From: a virus | DNA: 64,000 nt | Virus record (IMG/VR): IMGVR_UViG_3300049027_000140 | Span: 34,116-98,115 of that record | Reading direction: 5' to 3' (one strand) | Shown here: positions 9,618 to 18,602 of the stretch, piece after piece | Position numbering within the stretch: the first letter of the stretch is position 1 | Layout of the letters: every line of letters starts with the position of its first letter | The notes under the pieces: model-generated | Told to the model about the DNA's origin: nothing | The model's input: only the letters and a program-made list of their open reading frames with translations | Databases searched by the model: none | Translations under genes and position numbers: made by a program

Positions 9618-10251
9618 TGTGCGAGCTGAACCGATCGGGCTGCTGGCCACGACAACAGGGAAGGTCGCCGGCTTCGTTTGCGGCGCATGCCGCTGCACCA
9701 CCATGGGCATGTTCCCGAGCGGCTACCTCGGCACCGAGGATGAGCGCCTCGCCGCCGCGCGGCAGACCGCCGTGGAGCACTGCGAGCCGAAGCTCTGCCC
9801 GTGCGGTGCCGAGCGCGAGCGGAACTACACGGTGTGCGCCACGTGCCGGCAGCAGCAATGGGCGGCGGAGCACGAAGCGAAAGAGGTGGCCGCCTTCGAG
9901 CGCGCCGAGAAGGTCAAAGCCTCGGACTGGACCGGCGAATACGTGTGGAGCGAGCGCTTCGAGGAGATCTTCGACAGCATCTCCGAGCTGCTCGGCCGGT
10001 ACGAGGACGAGGGGGAGGAGCCGCCCGACTACGTGTGGGAGTGCGAGGAGGAGGTGCTCGCGCTGGACGCCGAGGACATCCTCCACAACGCGCTGGAGCG
10101 GGAGGGCGCGACCTACATGATGGAGCACATCCCGCCCGTGGTGCTCGACGACCTCAAGAAGGCGCTGGACGACTGGGCGAAGAAGCACCCGGTGAAGTGG
10201 TGGGTCGAGGCGAACCGGCGAGCGGTGGTGCTGATCACGGAGGAAGGGTGA
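9610..10251 (+). CDS. Hypothetical zinc-finger/acidic protein
   Basis: CGAC, CPC, CATC motifs; GGAGG RBS. Confidence 0.6.
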   Translation: MVDVRAEPIGLLATTTGKVAGFVCGACRCTTMGMFPSGYLGTEDERLAAARQTAVEHCEPKLCPCGAERERNYTVCATCRQQQWAAEHEAKEVAAFERAEKVKASDWTGEYVWSERFEEIFDSISELLGRYEDEGEEPPDYVWECEEEVLALDAEDILHNALEREGATYMMEHIPPVVLDDLKKALDDWAKKHPVKWWVEANRRAVVLITEEG

Positions 10252-10496
10252 TGGCGAGCAACATCCAGTCGTTCTTCGGGTTCCCCGCCGCCGACCCGTG
10301 GCCTCGGACGTGCGGCGTCCCCGGCCCGCGCGGCCTCACCTGCGTCCGGCCGCACCGTCACCGCGGCGATCACCGGGTCGAGGTGGAGGGCCCGCCGCTC
10401 GCCTGCGACGTGTGCAGCGCCCGGGCCGGCGAGGACTGCGCCGACCCGAAGGCGTGCCGCGCGGCTCGCGAGCAACTGATGGCGGTGGCCACGTGA
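10251..10496 (+). CDS. Small Cys/His-rich protein
   Basis: C..H.H.GDH and CDVC motifs. Confidence 0.45.
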   Translation: MASNIQSFFGFPAADPWPRTCGVPGPRGLTCVRPHRHRGDHRVEVEGPPLACDVCSARAGEDCADPKACRAAREQLMAVAT

Positions 10497-11065
10497 CGAC
10501 CGATCTCCTCCCCGAGCTCCGCTCCCTCCTCGCCGCGCAGCCGCCCGGCTCTGGTGCCCACGACACGCTGGAGAGAGCCGTCGCTGAGATCGAGCGCCTC
10601 CGCTCCCGCCGTAGCTTCCAGGAGCAGGTAGCCGAGTTCCACCGCGCGCTGGACTTCCCGGTGCGGGAGACGCCGACGGTGCCCGGGGACGACGAGGTGC
10701 GGCTGCGGGCGCGGCTCATCGCTGAAGAGGCCTTCGAGGTGCTAGCGGCGATGTTTCCGAAGGAGCGCTGGATCTCGTGGTACCGCGGCGTGCGCGAGGT
10801 CATCGATCGGGCGCACGTCGACGTGTACCTCCCCGCGCTGGCCCACGAGCTCGCCGATCTCCACTACGTCACGAGCGGCACGGCGGTGCAACTCGGGATC
10901 GGCGAGGGCGCCGTGCTGGCCGAGGTCCACCGCGCCAACTGCGAGAAGCGCGGAGGCGGGAAGGATGCAGGGGGCAAGGCGCTGCGCCCCGCGAACTGGC
11001 GCCCGGCCGACGTTGCCGCCGTGCTGCGCGCGCAGGGGTGGGACGGCGGCGAGGAACCGCGATGA
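10493..11065 (+). CDS. MazG-like/PRA-PH nucleotide pyrophosphohydrolase
   Basis: QVAEFH, LRARLIAEE, HELADLHYV, EVHRAN..K, GK.LRP..W motifs. Confidence 0.85.
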   Translation: MTTDLLPELRSLLAAQPPGSGAHDTLERAVAEIERLRSRRSFQEQVAEFHRALDFPVRETPTVPGDDEVRLRARLIAEEAFEVLAAMFPKERWISWYRGVREVIDRAHVDVYLPALAHELADLHYVTSGTAVQLGIGEGAVLAEVHRANCEKRGGGKDAGGKALRPANWRPADVAAVLRAQGWDGGEEPR

Positions 11066-11330
11066 GCGAGCCCCGTTGTTCTTTCTGCGGCGTCACCCCG
11101 TCCTTCCCGCATCGCCGCCGCCCGTTCGTCTGGCAGGACGTCGCTGGCCGGCTGGTCTGCGACGAGGACTGCGCTGGGCTGGAGCGGGCGCGGCAGCCGG
11201 CTCAGCCGGTGCTGCTGGAGTACGCCGAGGTGGACGGGTGGTGGGGTCTACGGGGTGGCGTCGAGTACGTCGGCCCGTTCGAGAGCCGGGAGCGTCTACA
11301 GGACGTCATCGCGTGGTGAGGAGCAAGGAC

Positions 11331-11687
11331 ATGACCGAGCAACAGCGGATCGAGGCGACGGAGGCAGCGCTGCGGGCGGCGTGCGTGGAGGCGCGGGAGC
11401 AGGGGCTCGTGCTGGTGCGGGAGTCGCCCGGCGTGACGGTGGCCGGCGTCTTCGTCGGCTGCTGCGCGTGGACCGCGCTCGGCCTGACCGCGGACGCAGA
11501 GGCGGAGCTTCCGGAGGTCGACGCGCCCGAGTATGACGCCATCGAGCACGGCTGGGACGGGGAGCGCGCCATCGCCGAGCGCGACGGGTTGCCCATGCCC
11601 TGGTTCGGCATCGGCGCGAGGCTGGCGGCGGAGTTCCAGCCGGTGGCGGCGAGCGCGCTGGAGGCGGGGCGATGGCGAGGCCGCTGA
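11331..11687 (+). CDS. Hypothetical protein
   Basis: GAGGAG/AAGG RBS. Confidence 0.5.
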   Translation: MTEQQRIEATEAALRAACVEAREQGLVLVRESPGVTVAGVFVGCCAWTALGLTADAEAELPEVDAPEYDAIEHGWDGERAIAERDGLPMPWFGIGARLAAEFQPVAASALEAGRWRGR

Positions 11688-12037
11688 GCACGGACCCCGA
11701 TGTGCTGAGGATGAAGCCGATGGTGCTGCGCCTGCTGGAGGCGACGCCCGGAGCTTGGATGTCATACGGGGAGATCGACCGGCTGCTGCCGTCGTCCGGG
11801 CATAGGGAGTCCGCCGACGTACTCCTCGCCATCTGCGACCTCGCCGACGAGGCGAAGATCGAGCACCTGCGCCGCCCTAGCGACGGCGAGGACGTCTACC
11901 GTGCGCTGCGCCCGAACCCGGACGCGGACATGTCGAGGCGGGTGAGCGTGCTCGAGGCCGAACTCCAGAGCGCGCTGAAGCGGCTCGCGGATCTGGAGCG
12001 CGAGGTGGAGCACCTGACGACGCCGAGGAGCGGGTGA
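11672..12037 (+). CDS. Putative winged-helix protein with C-terminal coiled coil
   Basis: VL.LL..PG..MS..EI pattern. Confidence 0.45.
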   Translation: MARPLSTDPDVLRMKPMVLRLLEATPGAWMSYGEIDRLLPSSGHRESADVLLAICDLADEAKIEHLRRPSDGEDVYRALRPNPDADMSRRVSVLEAELQSALKRLADLEREVEHLTTPRSG

Positions 12038-12549
12038 TGCCCGAGATCCTCCTCTCCCCCGGCGACATCTTCGCCAGCGGCTGCGAGGCGCTGGTCAACC
12101 CGGTCGACACCACGGCCGCCATGGGTGCCGGCCTCGCGCTGGCGTTCACCAAGCGCTTCTCGCAGCAGACGACGTGGTACCGCGAGCACGCCCGCCGCGG
12201 GTTCGCTGAGGCCGGCAGCGTCTACCACGTGCTGCCGCGCCGAGACGAGGAGAGGCTCTCCGCCGCGCGCTGGGTGCTGGAGCGGCACAGGGCCGGCGGA
12301 CGCGCGCAGCCGCTCGTGCTGTTCGCCACGACCAAGGCGTCGTGGAAGAAACCCTCCGACCTCCGCTGGGTCATCGGCTGCTGCCAGGCGCTCGTGGACG
12401 TGGTGGCCGAGCTCGGCATCCGGTCGATCGGCATCCCGGCGCTGGGCTGCGGCGAGGGAAAGCTCTCCTGGACCGACGTGCGCCCGCTGCTGCTCGGCGC
12501 GGCGCAGCAGATGCAGTGCGAGCGCGTGGTGGTGTTTGAGCCAAGGTGA
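12037..12549 (+). CDS. Macrodomain ADP-ribose glycohydrolase (DarG/TARG1-like)
   Basis: GDIF, ALVNPVD..A.MGAGLA.AF, TK..W, SIGIPALGCG.G.L.W motifs. Confidence 0.88.
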   Translation: MPEILLSPGDIFASGCEALVNPVDTTAAMGAGLALAFTKRFSQQTTWYREHARRGFAEAGSVYHVLPRRDEERLSAARWVLERHRAGGRAQPLVLFATTKASWKKPSDLRWVIGCCQALVDVVAELGIRSIGIPALGCGEGKLSWTDVRPLLLGAAQQMQCERVVVFEPR

Positions 12550-12587
12550 TTGCGGATCTGCCCGACAGACATCATATTAGGATATCG

Positions 12588-13412
12588 ATGCAGCTGCCAA
12601 TTGGACGCCGGTTGAAGCACAGCGACATCACGCCGGAGATGGAGACCGAGCTTGCGCGCCAGTGTCAGGCTGGCGACACGCGAGCCGGTGCCGCTCTGGT
12701 CATGGCGAACGAGCCCATGATCTACAAGTTCGTGCGGCGGTACTTTCGCAAAGGCGTCCGGACCGAGGACATCATGCAGGCGGCGCGGTTTGGGTTCTAC
12801 CGCGGGATCTTACGATTCGACCCGGCCGTGGGCGCTCGGCTCACGACCTATGCGCTCTACTGGGCGAGGAACGAGGCGGTCGACGCACTCCAGGGCGAGG
12901 GGCCCACGATCCGCATCCCGCGGCACGTCTTCGACGCGATCTACAAGTCGGCGAAGACCGGAGAGGCACTGGATGAGGAGACGGCCGAGGCGGCGCGGCT
13001 GCTGACCACGCCGAGCCTCGACATCCCGGTGCGCAGGGACGGGTCCACGCGCGGCGACCTCGAGGTGAACCCGATGCCGGGCCCAGAAGCATCGGCCGAG
13101 GCCGACGACGCCCAGCGACGCCGCCGGGAGCTCATCCAGCGGGCGCTGACGTGGCTGACCGATCGGGAGCGCGAGATCGTCGAGCGTCGGTTCTGCGAGG
13201 AGCCGGAGAGCTACGAAGCGATCGGCGCCTCGCTCGGCTTCACGAAGCAGAGGACCGAGCAGATCATGAAACGCGCGCTGCCGAAGCTCGACCGGGCCGT
13301 GCGGCGCGTGATGGCGAAGGACGACTGGATGCTCTGGGGCGCGCGCGGGCCGCTGAAGCCGCTTGGGGAGACGGCGAGGGGCGAAGCGGAGAGCGTGGAG
13401 GTGGCGAGGTGA
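12588..13412 (+). CDS. RNA polymerase sigma-70 family factor
   Basis: Region 2 (LVMANE, EDIMQ, RFDP..G.RLTTYA.YW), IRIP, SLD.P, region 4 (LTDREREI..RRF..EAIG..LG); alternative start 12546. Confidence 0.9.
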   Translation: MQLPIGRRLKHSDITPEMETELARQCQAGDTRAGAALVMANEPMIYKFVRRYFRKGVRTEDIMQAARFGFYRGILRFDPAVGARLTTYALYWARNEAVDALQGEGPTIRIPRHVFDAIYKSAKTGEALDEETAEAARLLTTPSLDIPVRRDGSTRGDLEVNPMPGPEASAEADDAQRRRRELIQRALTWLTDREREIVERRFCEEPESYEAIGASLGFTKQRTEQIMKRALPKLDRAVRRVMAKDDWMLWGARGPLKPLGETARGEAESVEVAR

Positions 13413-14173
13413 GCGACGACGAGCAGCAAGACAGCGACCTCCCGCAGCGCCCCCGCGCGCGCGGCGACTGCGCCGGCGGTGCGCGCCCGTGTCCGTACGT
13501 CTCGTGCCGGCACCACCTCTACCTGGACGTGCCGCGCGGTGGGAGCGGCTTCCGGTTGACCCACCCTGACCTGGAGCCGTGGGAGCTCGAGGAGACGTGC
13601 TCGCTCGACGTGGCCGATCGCGGCGGTGGCACGCTGGAGGACGTGGCCGCGGTGATGAGCGTGACCCGCGAGCGCATCCGCCAGATCGAAGAGCTGGCGC
13701 TGCGTCGGCTCCGTCCGATCGCGAACAGGGCGCTGAGCGACGATCTGCCAGCTCCACGCCGGGCGGCTCCCGTGGTGGCCCCGGTGCGACGCCTGCCGGT
13801 CCTCGCCCCGCCTCGGCCGCGCCCGGCCCTCATCGAAGCTCCGCGCGCTGAGCCGGTGGCGCCTCCGGTCGCGCCCGTTGAGGTCGAGGGTGCCCGCGAG
13901 GCGCCGCCCGCGCCTGTGGCCGAGCCGGAGCCCGTCAGTGCGCCGCTCCTGCCTGCGCCCCCTGCGGCCGTCGAGCCGCCCGCGCGCCCCGTTGTCCGGC
14001 GGCAGGTCTTCGGCACCATCGACGCCATCCCACCTGCTCCACCGGAACCGCCGCCGACAGGGCTGACGCCCGCCGAGATCCAGGCGGCCCGGATCGCGCG
14101 GATGCGCCCGCTGCGGCCACCGACGCGGAAGCCCGCCGGCGACGACGCATGGCCGCTCCGGGAGCGCGCATGA
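13409..14173 (+). CDS. Myxobacterial-type Cys-rich sigma-70 region-4 HTH protein with Pro-rich tail
   Basis: [45 protein letters not shown]. Confidence 0.75.
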   Translation: MSDDEQQDSDLPQRPRARGDCAGGARPCPYVSCRHHLYLDVPRGGSGFRLTHPDLEPWELEETCSLDVADRGGGTLEDVAAVMSVTRERIRQIEELALRRLRPIANRALSDDLPAPRRAAPVVAPVRRLPVLAPPRPRPALIEAPRAEPVAPPVAPVEVEGAREAPPAPVAEPEPVSAPLLPAPPAAVEPPARPVVRRQVFGTIDAIPPAPPEPPPTGLTPAEIQAARIARMRPLRPPTRKPAGDDAWPLRERA

Positions 14174-14397
14174 CCGACCAGAAGAAAGCTTCCGACGACC
14201 AGAAGGATCTTTCTCCCGTGCTGGACGCCGCTCGGCGTCGCCGGATGCGGGAGGCCGCGGAGAGGACGCGGTTCTTCAGTGACTGGAGCGGCCAGCTCGG
14301 CGGCATGCTCTCGTCCTGCCTCGACGCGCTGGAGCAGACGGAGCGGGAGCGCGACGTGCTGCGGGAGAGGCTCGCGGCGGCGGAAAGGGGCGCCTGA
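14170..14397 (+). CDS. Hypothetical protein
   Basis: ATGA coupling. Confidence 0.5.
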   Translation: MTDQKKASDDQKDLSPVLDAARRRRMREAAERTRFFSDWSGQLGGMLSSCLDALEQTERERDVLRERLAAAERGA

Positions 14398-14398
14398 G

Positions 14399-14818
14399 AT
14401 GCCCTGCTATCGCGTGAACGTGAAGCCGATGACGCTGTGGGACGCGAAGGAAGCGGCCGGCTCCCAGCATGGCTGGAAGCGGAAGCGCCCCAAGCCAGGG
14501 CAAGGTCACCCGGGGCACCCGGACCTGTGGCCGGAGGAGGTCGCGACAGAGCGATCCGAGATCCTCCCGGGCGGGACATTCATCATGTGCGGCGATCTCG
14601 GGCCACACTGCTCCGATCCGTCATGCGGCGCCGTCGGCGACAACCTCTGCGACTGGCCGATGGGCCGCGGGAAGACGTGTGACCTGCCGCTCTGCGACGA
14701 GCACGCGCGCGAGATCGGTATGGACCGGCACCTGTGCCCGGTTCACCACCCGATGTGGGTCAAGGCGGCCGGCGTCGAGCGCGTGAACCCGTGGCCGCCC
14801 CCGCCGAGGAAGCGATGA
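14399..14818 (+). CDS. Cys-rich zinc-finger phage protein
   Basis: C..C..LCDWP..KTCD.PLC..H..LCP.H. Confidence 0.65.
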   Translation: MPCYRVNVKPMTLWDAKEAAGSQHGWKRKRPKPGQGHPGHPDLWPEEVATERSEILPGGTFIMCGDLGPHCSDPSCGAVGDNLCDWPMGRGKTCDLPLCDEHAREIGMDRHLCPVHHPMWVKAAGVERVNPWPPPPRKR

Positions 14819-15135
14819 CCCGCACGCTCGACTGGAGCACCGGCACCTTCAGCAACTTCGCGGGCGAGCCACTCACCATGGAGAAGCTCGCGGCCCCGAT
14901 CGAGGCCTTCCGCCCGCCGGAGCCGTCTGTCGAAGCGCTGGAGCAAGCCTCTTTCCTCGGCTTCTTCGCCTTCGGCGTCCCCTGCTGCGCCGGCTGGGAT
15001 GGTCGCCGCATCCGCGTGGTGGCGCTTGAGCCCGTCAGCCGGCTCGACCTCAACGTCGCCCGGATGAAGCTGCGGCGGTGGTACCCCGAGCTGGCCGAGG
15101 TGGTCGAGCTGGCGGCGGCGGGGAGGTGGCGGTGA
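14815..15135 (+). CDS. Hypothetical protein
   Basis: ATGA coupling. Confidence 0.5.
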   Translation: MTRTLDWSTGTFSNFAGEPLTMEKLAAPIEAFRPPEPSVEALEQASFLGFFAFGVPCCAGWDGRRIRVVALEPVSRLDLNVARMKLRRWYPELAEVVELAAAGRWR

Positions 15136-15830
15136 GCCAGCTCGACCTGTTCGGCCTGACCGTCCGCGTCCCGCCGGCCCTGTGCCCGCCTGCGCTGAGA
15201 GCTGCCGAGCGGCGCCCCGTCCCCGCACCGCCACCGGAGACATCCGTTGCCACCTCGCCCGCCGTAGCGCTCGCGCTCGATCTCCGGGAGAGCCTCGACT
15301 ACAACGACGGGCCGGGGACCACGGTCGCGAGCTACAGCCTGACCCTGCGCAACCCGCACTGGGGCGAGTGGTGCCGCGCCGGCTTGTGGGTCTCGGTCGA
15401 GCGGCATTTCGGCACGCGCCCCCACCGCTGGATGGCCGAGGTGTACCTGGAGCTCCCGGACGAGGCCCGCACGTGGTGGAAGGCGCACGAGATCTTCGCC
15501 AGTCAGGACGAGGCCGCGGCGGAGGCGGCCGCGATGGCGCTGGCGGCGCGCGCGATGCTGGAGGCGGCGATCCGCGGCGAGCCGGTGGAGACGCCAGGGC
15601 GGCGACGGCAGCGGGCCGCGGAGGCCCACGCGGGCGCCCTGCCAGAGGTCCAGGCGGCGGCGAGGAAGGTGGCCGCGGAGCGCGCCGCGCGGGACGCGAT
15701 CGGCGCTGGCAACGACGGGTACCCCGAGGCACACCGACGCTACCTCGCCGCGAAGGACGCCGTCGATGGGCTGCGACGTCGCGCCGTGCAGGCGTTCTGC
15801 GAGGCGCACACGTGGCGGGAGTTCGTGTGA
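15132..15830 (+). CDS. Hypothetical protein
   Basis: GGAGG RBS; SQLDLF N-terminus. Confidence 0.55.
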   Translation: MSQLDLFGLTVRVPPALCPPALRAAERRPVPAPPPETSVATSPAVALALDLRESLDYNDGPGTTVASYSLTLRNPHWGEWCRAGLWVSVERHFGTRPHRWMAEVYLELPDEARTWWKAHEIFASQDEAAAEAAAMALAARAMLEAAIRGEPVETPGRRRQRAAEAHAGALPEVQAAARKVAAERAARDAIGAGNDGYPEAHRRYLAAKDAVDGLRRRAVQAFCEAHTWREFV

Positions 15831-16042
15831 TGGGAGGGCAGTTGTTGCGGAACGCGCAACAACTCAGCCTCTTCAGCGCCTCCAGCATCGGCCACCTGCT
15901 GGTCGAGCCCATCGACGGCGTGCCTGGCTGGCCGTGGTGCGTCCACGGCTCGGCGCCGCACTCGGCCTGGATCGAGCTCTACAAGAGCCGCGAGGAGGCC
16001 GAGGCGGACGCGCGGGCGATGCTGGAGCGCGGGCGGAGGTAG
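15830..16042 (+). CDS. Hypothetical protein, last gene of early operon
   Basis: TGATG coupling; QLSLF motif. Confidence 0.5.
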   Translation: MGGQLLRNAQQLSLFSASSIGHLLVEPIDGVPGWPWCVHGSAPHSAWIELYKSREEAEADARAMLERGRR

Positions 16043-16049
16043 AGCCGGT

Positions 16050-16238
16050 CTACCCGGCGGCCCACAACCTGGAGAGCGCCGCAGCCACGGCGCAGGCCAG
16101 GACGAAGACGGCGGGTCCGGTCACCTTCAGCTCAAAAGAGCTCTTTTGGGCTGGAACTGCCCCGAGTTCCAGATGGCGGTTGTCAACCGGAACGACGGCG
16201 GGTACCTTCTCATGCGGAAGACGTTCGTGATTCGTCAT
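16050..16238 (-). CDS. 62-aa small membrane protein
   Basis: GGAGG RBS 5 nt upstream of ATG; C-terminal hydrophobic helix PAVFVLACAVAAALSRLW. Confidence 0.55.
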   Translation of the reverse strand: MTNHERLPHEKVPAVVPVDNRHLELGAVPAQKSSFELKVTGPAVFVLACAVAAALSRLWAAG

Positions 16239-16251
16239 GGATGCCTCCACG

Positions 16252-16300
16252 AGCCCGGTCCCCCATCTCCGCCAAGAGCATGGGACCGGGCTTCTGCTTT
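16252..16300 (+). terminator. GC-rich hairpin, possible terminator of the early operon
   Basis: AGCCCGGTCCC..GGGACCGGGCT stem followed by TCTGCTTT. Confidence 0.5.
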
Positions 16301-16479
16301 CAGGCGCACGAACCCAGCGCCACGCACACCGGTGCGTGAGCCGTGTTCGCTGACCTGGGCAGGAGCATGCCATCGAATCCGCGAAACCCAAAGCGCGGGT
16401 GTAGGTCCAACGTCGCGCGGATGCACATTTCCGTGTCGGCGTCGTGGTTCACGTGGCGAAGGGCCGCCTTTTGCAAAGA

Positions 16480-16683
16480 TCACCCCTCCACCACCTCGAC
16501 CGCTCGCCACCACCCTCCACAGCGCCACGTCGCCGCGACGATGCCCCCGCCGTCGTAGGTCACGTCGAGCAGCACGCCCGGCGCGGCCGGGTGCGGCACC
16601 GTGAGCGTCCCGACGGGCTCGTCGAGGGCGGCTTCAGCGATGGCTGCGAGGTCTTCGAGATCGTCGGGGGAGAGGTCGTCCAT
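16480..16683 (-). CDS. Small acidic hypothetical protein
   Basis: 67-aa ORF downstream of HTH gene. Confidence 0.45.
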   Translation of the reverse strand: MDDLSPDDLEDLAAIAEAALDEPVGTLTVPHPAAPGVLLDVTYDGGGIVAATWRCGGWWRAVEVVEG

Positions 16684-16732
16684 GCCCGGAAGGTCGACGC
16701 GTGCGCGGGGCGGGTTGCGTCGGAAGTGTGCG

Positions 16733-16966
16733 CTACGGGCCGTCGCCTACGCGCTCGACGCGCAGCCTGCACCCTGCCGCCGACAGCAGCCGCACGACCG
16801 TCGACAGCGACGGATCCGCGGCGCCGGTGAGCGCCCGGCTGATGCTGCTCTGGGCGATGCCGGTCGCCACCTTCAGGTCGCGCTGCGAAAATCCTGCCGC
16901 GTCGATGGCGGCCGCGATCTGCTGGCGCAGTTCGGCGGTGAGGGTCGCGGGGTCGTCCTGGGGCAT
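16733..16966 (-). CDS. Cro/C1-type HTH transcriptional regulator
   Basis: GFSQRDL..ATGIAQSSISR..G..DPSL.TV.RL..A.G. Confidence 0.85.
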   Translation of the reverse strand: MPQDDPATLTAELRQQIAAAIDAAGFSQRDLKVATGIAQSSISRALTGAADPSLSTVVRLLSAAGCRLRVERVGDGP

Positions 16967-17478
16967 CAAGACCAGTTTCCTGAGAAGCCCGGGTTCTCAT
17001 CGCGCCACTCGGACACGATCTTCTCGTGGAGCGCGCGGTCCTCATCGTTGCCGCGCGCGAGGTAGCCCGCCCGCCGGCAGAGCGCCGTGTAGAGCTCGGC
17101 CTGGTCCTCGCCGTCGGTGCGGCGGAGGCGTTCGGCCGTGCCATCCTCCACCAGGCTTCCCGCAGCGCCCAGCAGGGCATCGGGTCGGCACGTCCAGAGG
17201 CAGGTGCCGTCGTTGACCACAACCCCGGCCTCGAACAGCGTGATCTTGAGGCCGGTGATGCCGGCCTCATTGAGAGCCGCCTTGATCTGCCGAACCGACG
17301 GCGCCGGGGCCTCGACCGAGATGAGCGACGGGTCCTCGGCGGCCACAGCGCGCGCCTCCTCGACGGAGAGGCCCTCGCGGGCGCCCTCGGTCGGGTCCGC
17401 CGCCTTGCTCAGGAGGAGCCCGCTGCGCTCCGCCACCTCGATCGCCGTCCACCCCGTCAGCCGCACCGTCGTCGCCAT
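16966..17478 (-). CDS. Hypothetical protein cotranscribed with HTH regulator
   Basis: GGGAG RBS; TGATG coupling to HTH gene; own promoter. Confidence 0.65.
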   Translation of the reverse strand: MATTVRLTGWTAIEVAERSGLLLSKAADPTEGAREGLSVEEARAVAAEDPSLISVEAPAPSVRQIKAALNEAGITGLKITLFEAGVVVNDGTCLWTCRPDALLGAAGSLVEDGTAERLRRTDGEDQAELYTALCRRAGYLARGNDEDRALHEKIVSEWRDENPGFSGNWS

Positions 17479-17515
17479 GATCGTCTCCCTCCCGGCGCCG
17501 CGCGCCGATGGTCTA

Positions 17516-17544
17516 CTGATATCGTATACGCTATCAGCTGTCAA
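17516..17544 (-). promoter_or_regulatory. Sigma-70 promoter overlapped by a 22-bp palindromic operator
   Basis: TTGACA-17-TATCAG on minus strand; CTGATATCGTATACGCTATCAG near-perfect palindrome at 17516-17537. Confidence 0.75.
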
Positions 17545-17915
17545 GGGGCGTGCGCTGACGAGGTCACAGTAGCCGGCGCCATCGGGTGGACGCGCCTCCA
17601 CCACCGGCGCCACAGCGGGTAGGCCGCGAACACGGCGCAGCCGACGAGCGCGGCGTAGGTGCCGGACCACACGAAGTAGAGCGCCCAGCAGAGCTCCTTG
17701 CCGATGAAGTACCACGTCGATGCGCGGTGGCACTCGACCGACGGCACCGCACGGGCGGCCTCGCGCTCTCGCAGCCGCTCGGACACGGAGGCGTGCCCGA
17801 AGCTCAGGTAGACGGCGAGCGACCCGGCGAGCTCTCGCAGCTCGTGTCCGGTCGCCAGCCAGACGCCGAGGAGAACCGTCACCACCACCGCATGCTCGAA
17901 GTGCCAAGTCTTCAT
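17541..17915 (-). CDS. Membrane protein
   Basis: Several hydrophobic segments; GAGG RBS. Confidence 0.6.
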   Translation of the reverse strand: MKTWHFEHAVVVTVLLGVWLATGHELRELAGSLAVYLSFGHASVSERLREREAARAVPSVECHRASTWYFIGKELCWALYFVWSGTYAALVGCAVFAAYPLWRRWWRRVHPMAPATVTSSAHAP

Positions 17916-18167
17916 CCTCTGCCTCCCAGGGCTCTCGCCCTCTCGTCCGCTATCCGCGACGCGCCCGTCGCCCCCAGCCTTCGGTACTCGCCGCACCACC
18001 GCTCGTGCTCGGCGTCCCGCGCGCCGCACGGGCAAAGATCCCGCCGCGGGTCGGCCCCGCGCTTCTGCGCCGCCTCCCAGTCCTCGAACGTCCGCTCCCG
18101 CATCGGGCCCTCCTGATAGAGAGGACGCCATCCAGCGGCGGATCGATCGCGGGCCGCGTCGATTTCT

Positions 18168-18602
18168 TCAGCCGCCGGGCGCTGGCCGGATCTCGTACTC
18201 CGGCCACGGCTCCAGGCCGCTCTCCTCGCGCCCGCGCATCCACCACTCGGCCGCGTCGCGCGACGGGAAGATGAAGGCCCGCTCGATGGGGCCGAAGGCC
18301 TCCTCGTCGAGCCCGTTGCGGACGAGCCCTGAGAGGTAGGCGAGCGCCTCGTCGTCCTCGTCCTTGACGCGCAGGACCACGCCGCCCGGTGCAGGACCCG
18401 CCATGCTGTGCTCGGCCAGCCACTCCGTCTTCGCGCGCTCCGCATGCTCCAGCCGCACGCCTGCGCCGAGGAGCGCGGCCATGGCCTCGCGCTCGGTCTG
18501 CACGTGCTTTGCGGCGTCGTAGAGCCAGCTCGGCCCGGGGATGTACGCCTGACGCTCCTCGTGGAACCAGCGCAGGAAGTCGGCCCACGCCGGTGCGCTC
18601 AT
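18168..18602 (-). CDS. Hypothetical protein
   Basis: Coupled ORF in leftward cluster. Confidence 0.55.
   Translation of the reverse strand: MSAPAWADFLRWFHEERQAYIPGPSWLYDAAKHVQTEREAMAALLGAGVRLEHAERAKTEWLAEHSMAGPAPGGVVLRVKDEDDEALAYLSGLVRNGLDEEAFGPIERAFIFPSRDAAEWWMRGREESGLEPWPEYEIRPAPGG

Noticed and set aside
16128-16153. Protelomerase telRL site
   Set aside because: Short and imperfect, with no protelomerase gene visible; kept only as a low-interest palindrome.
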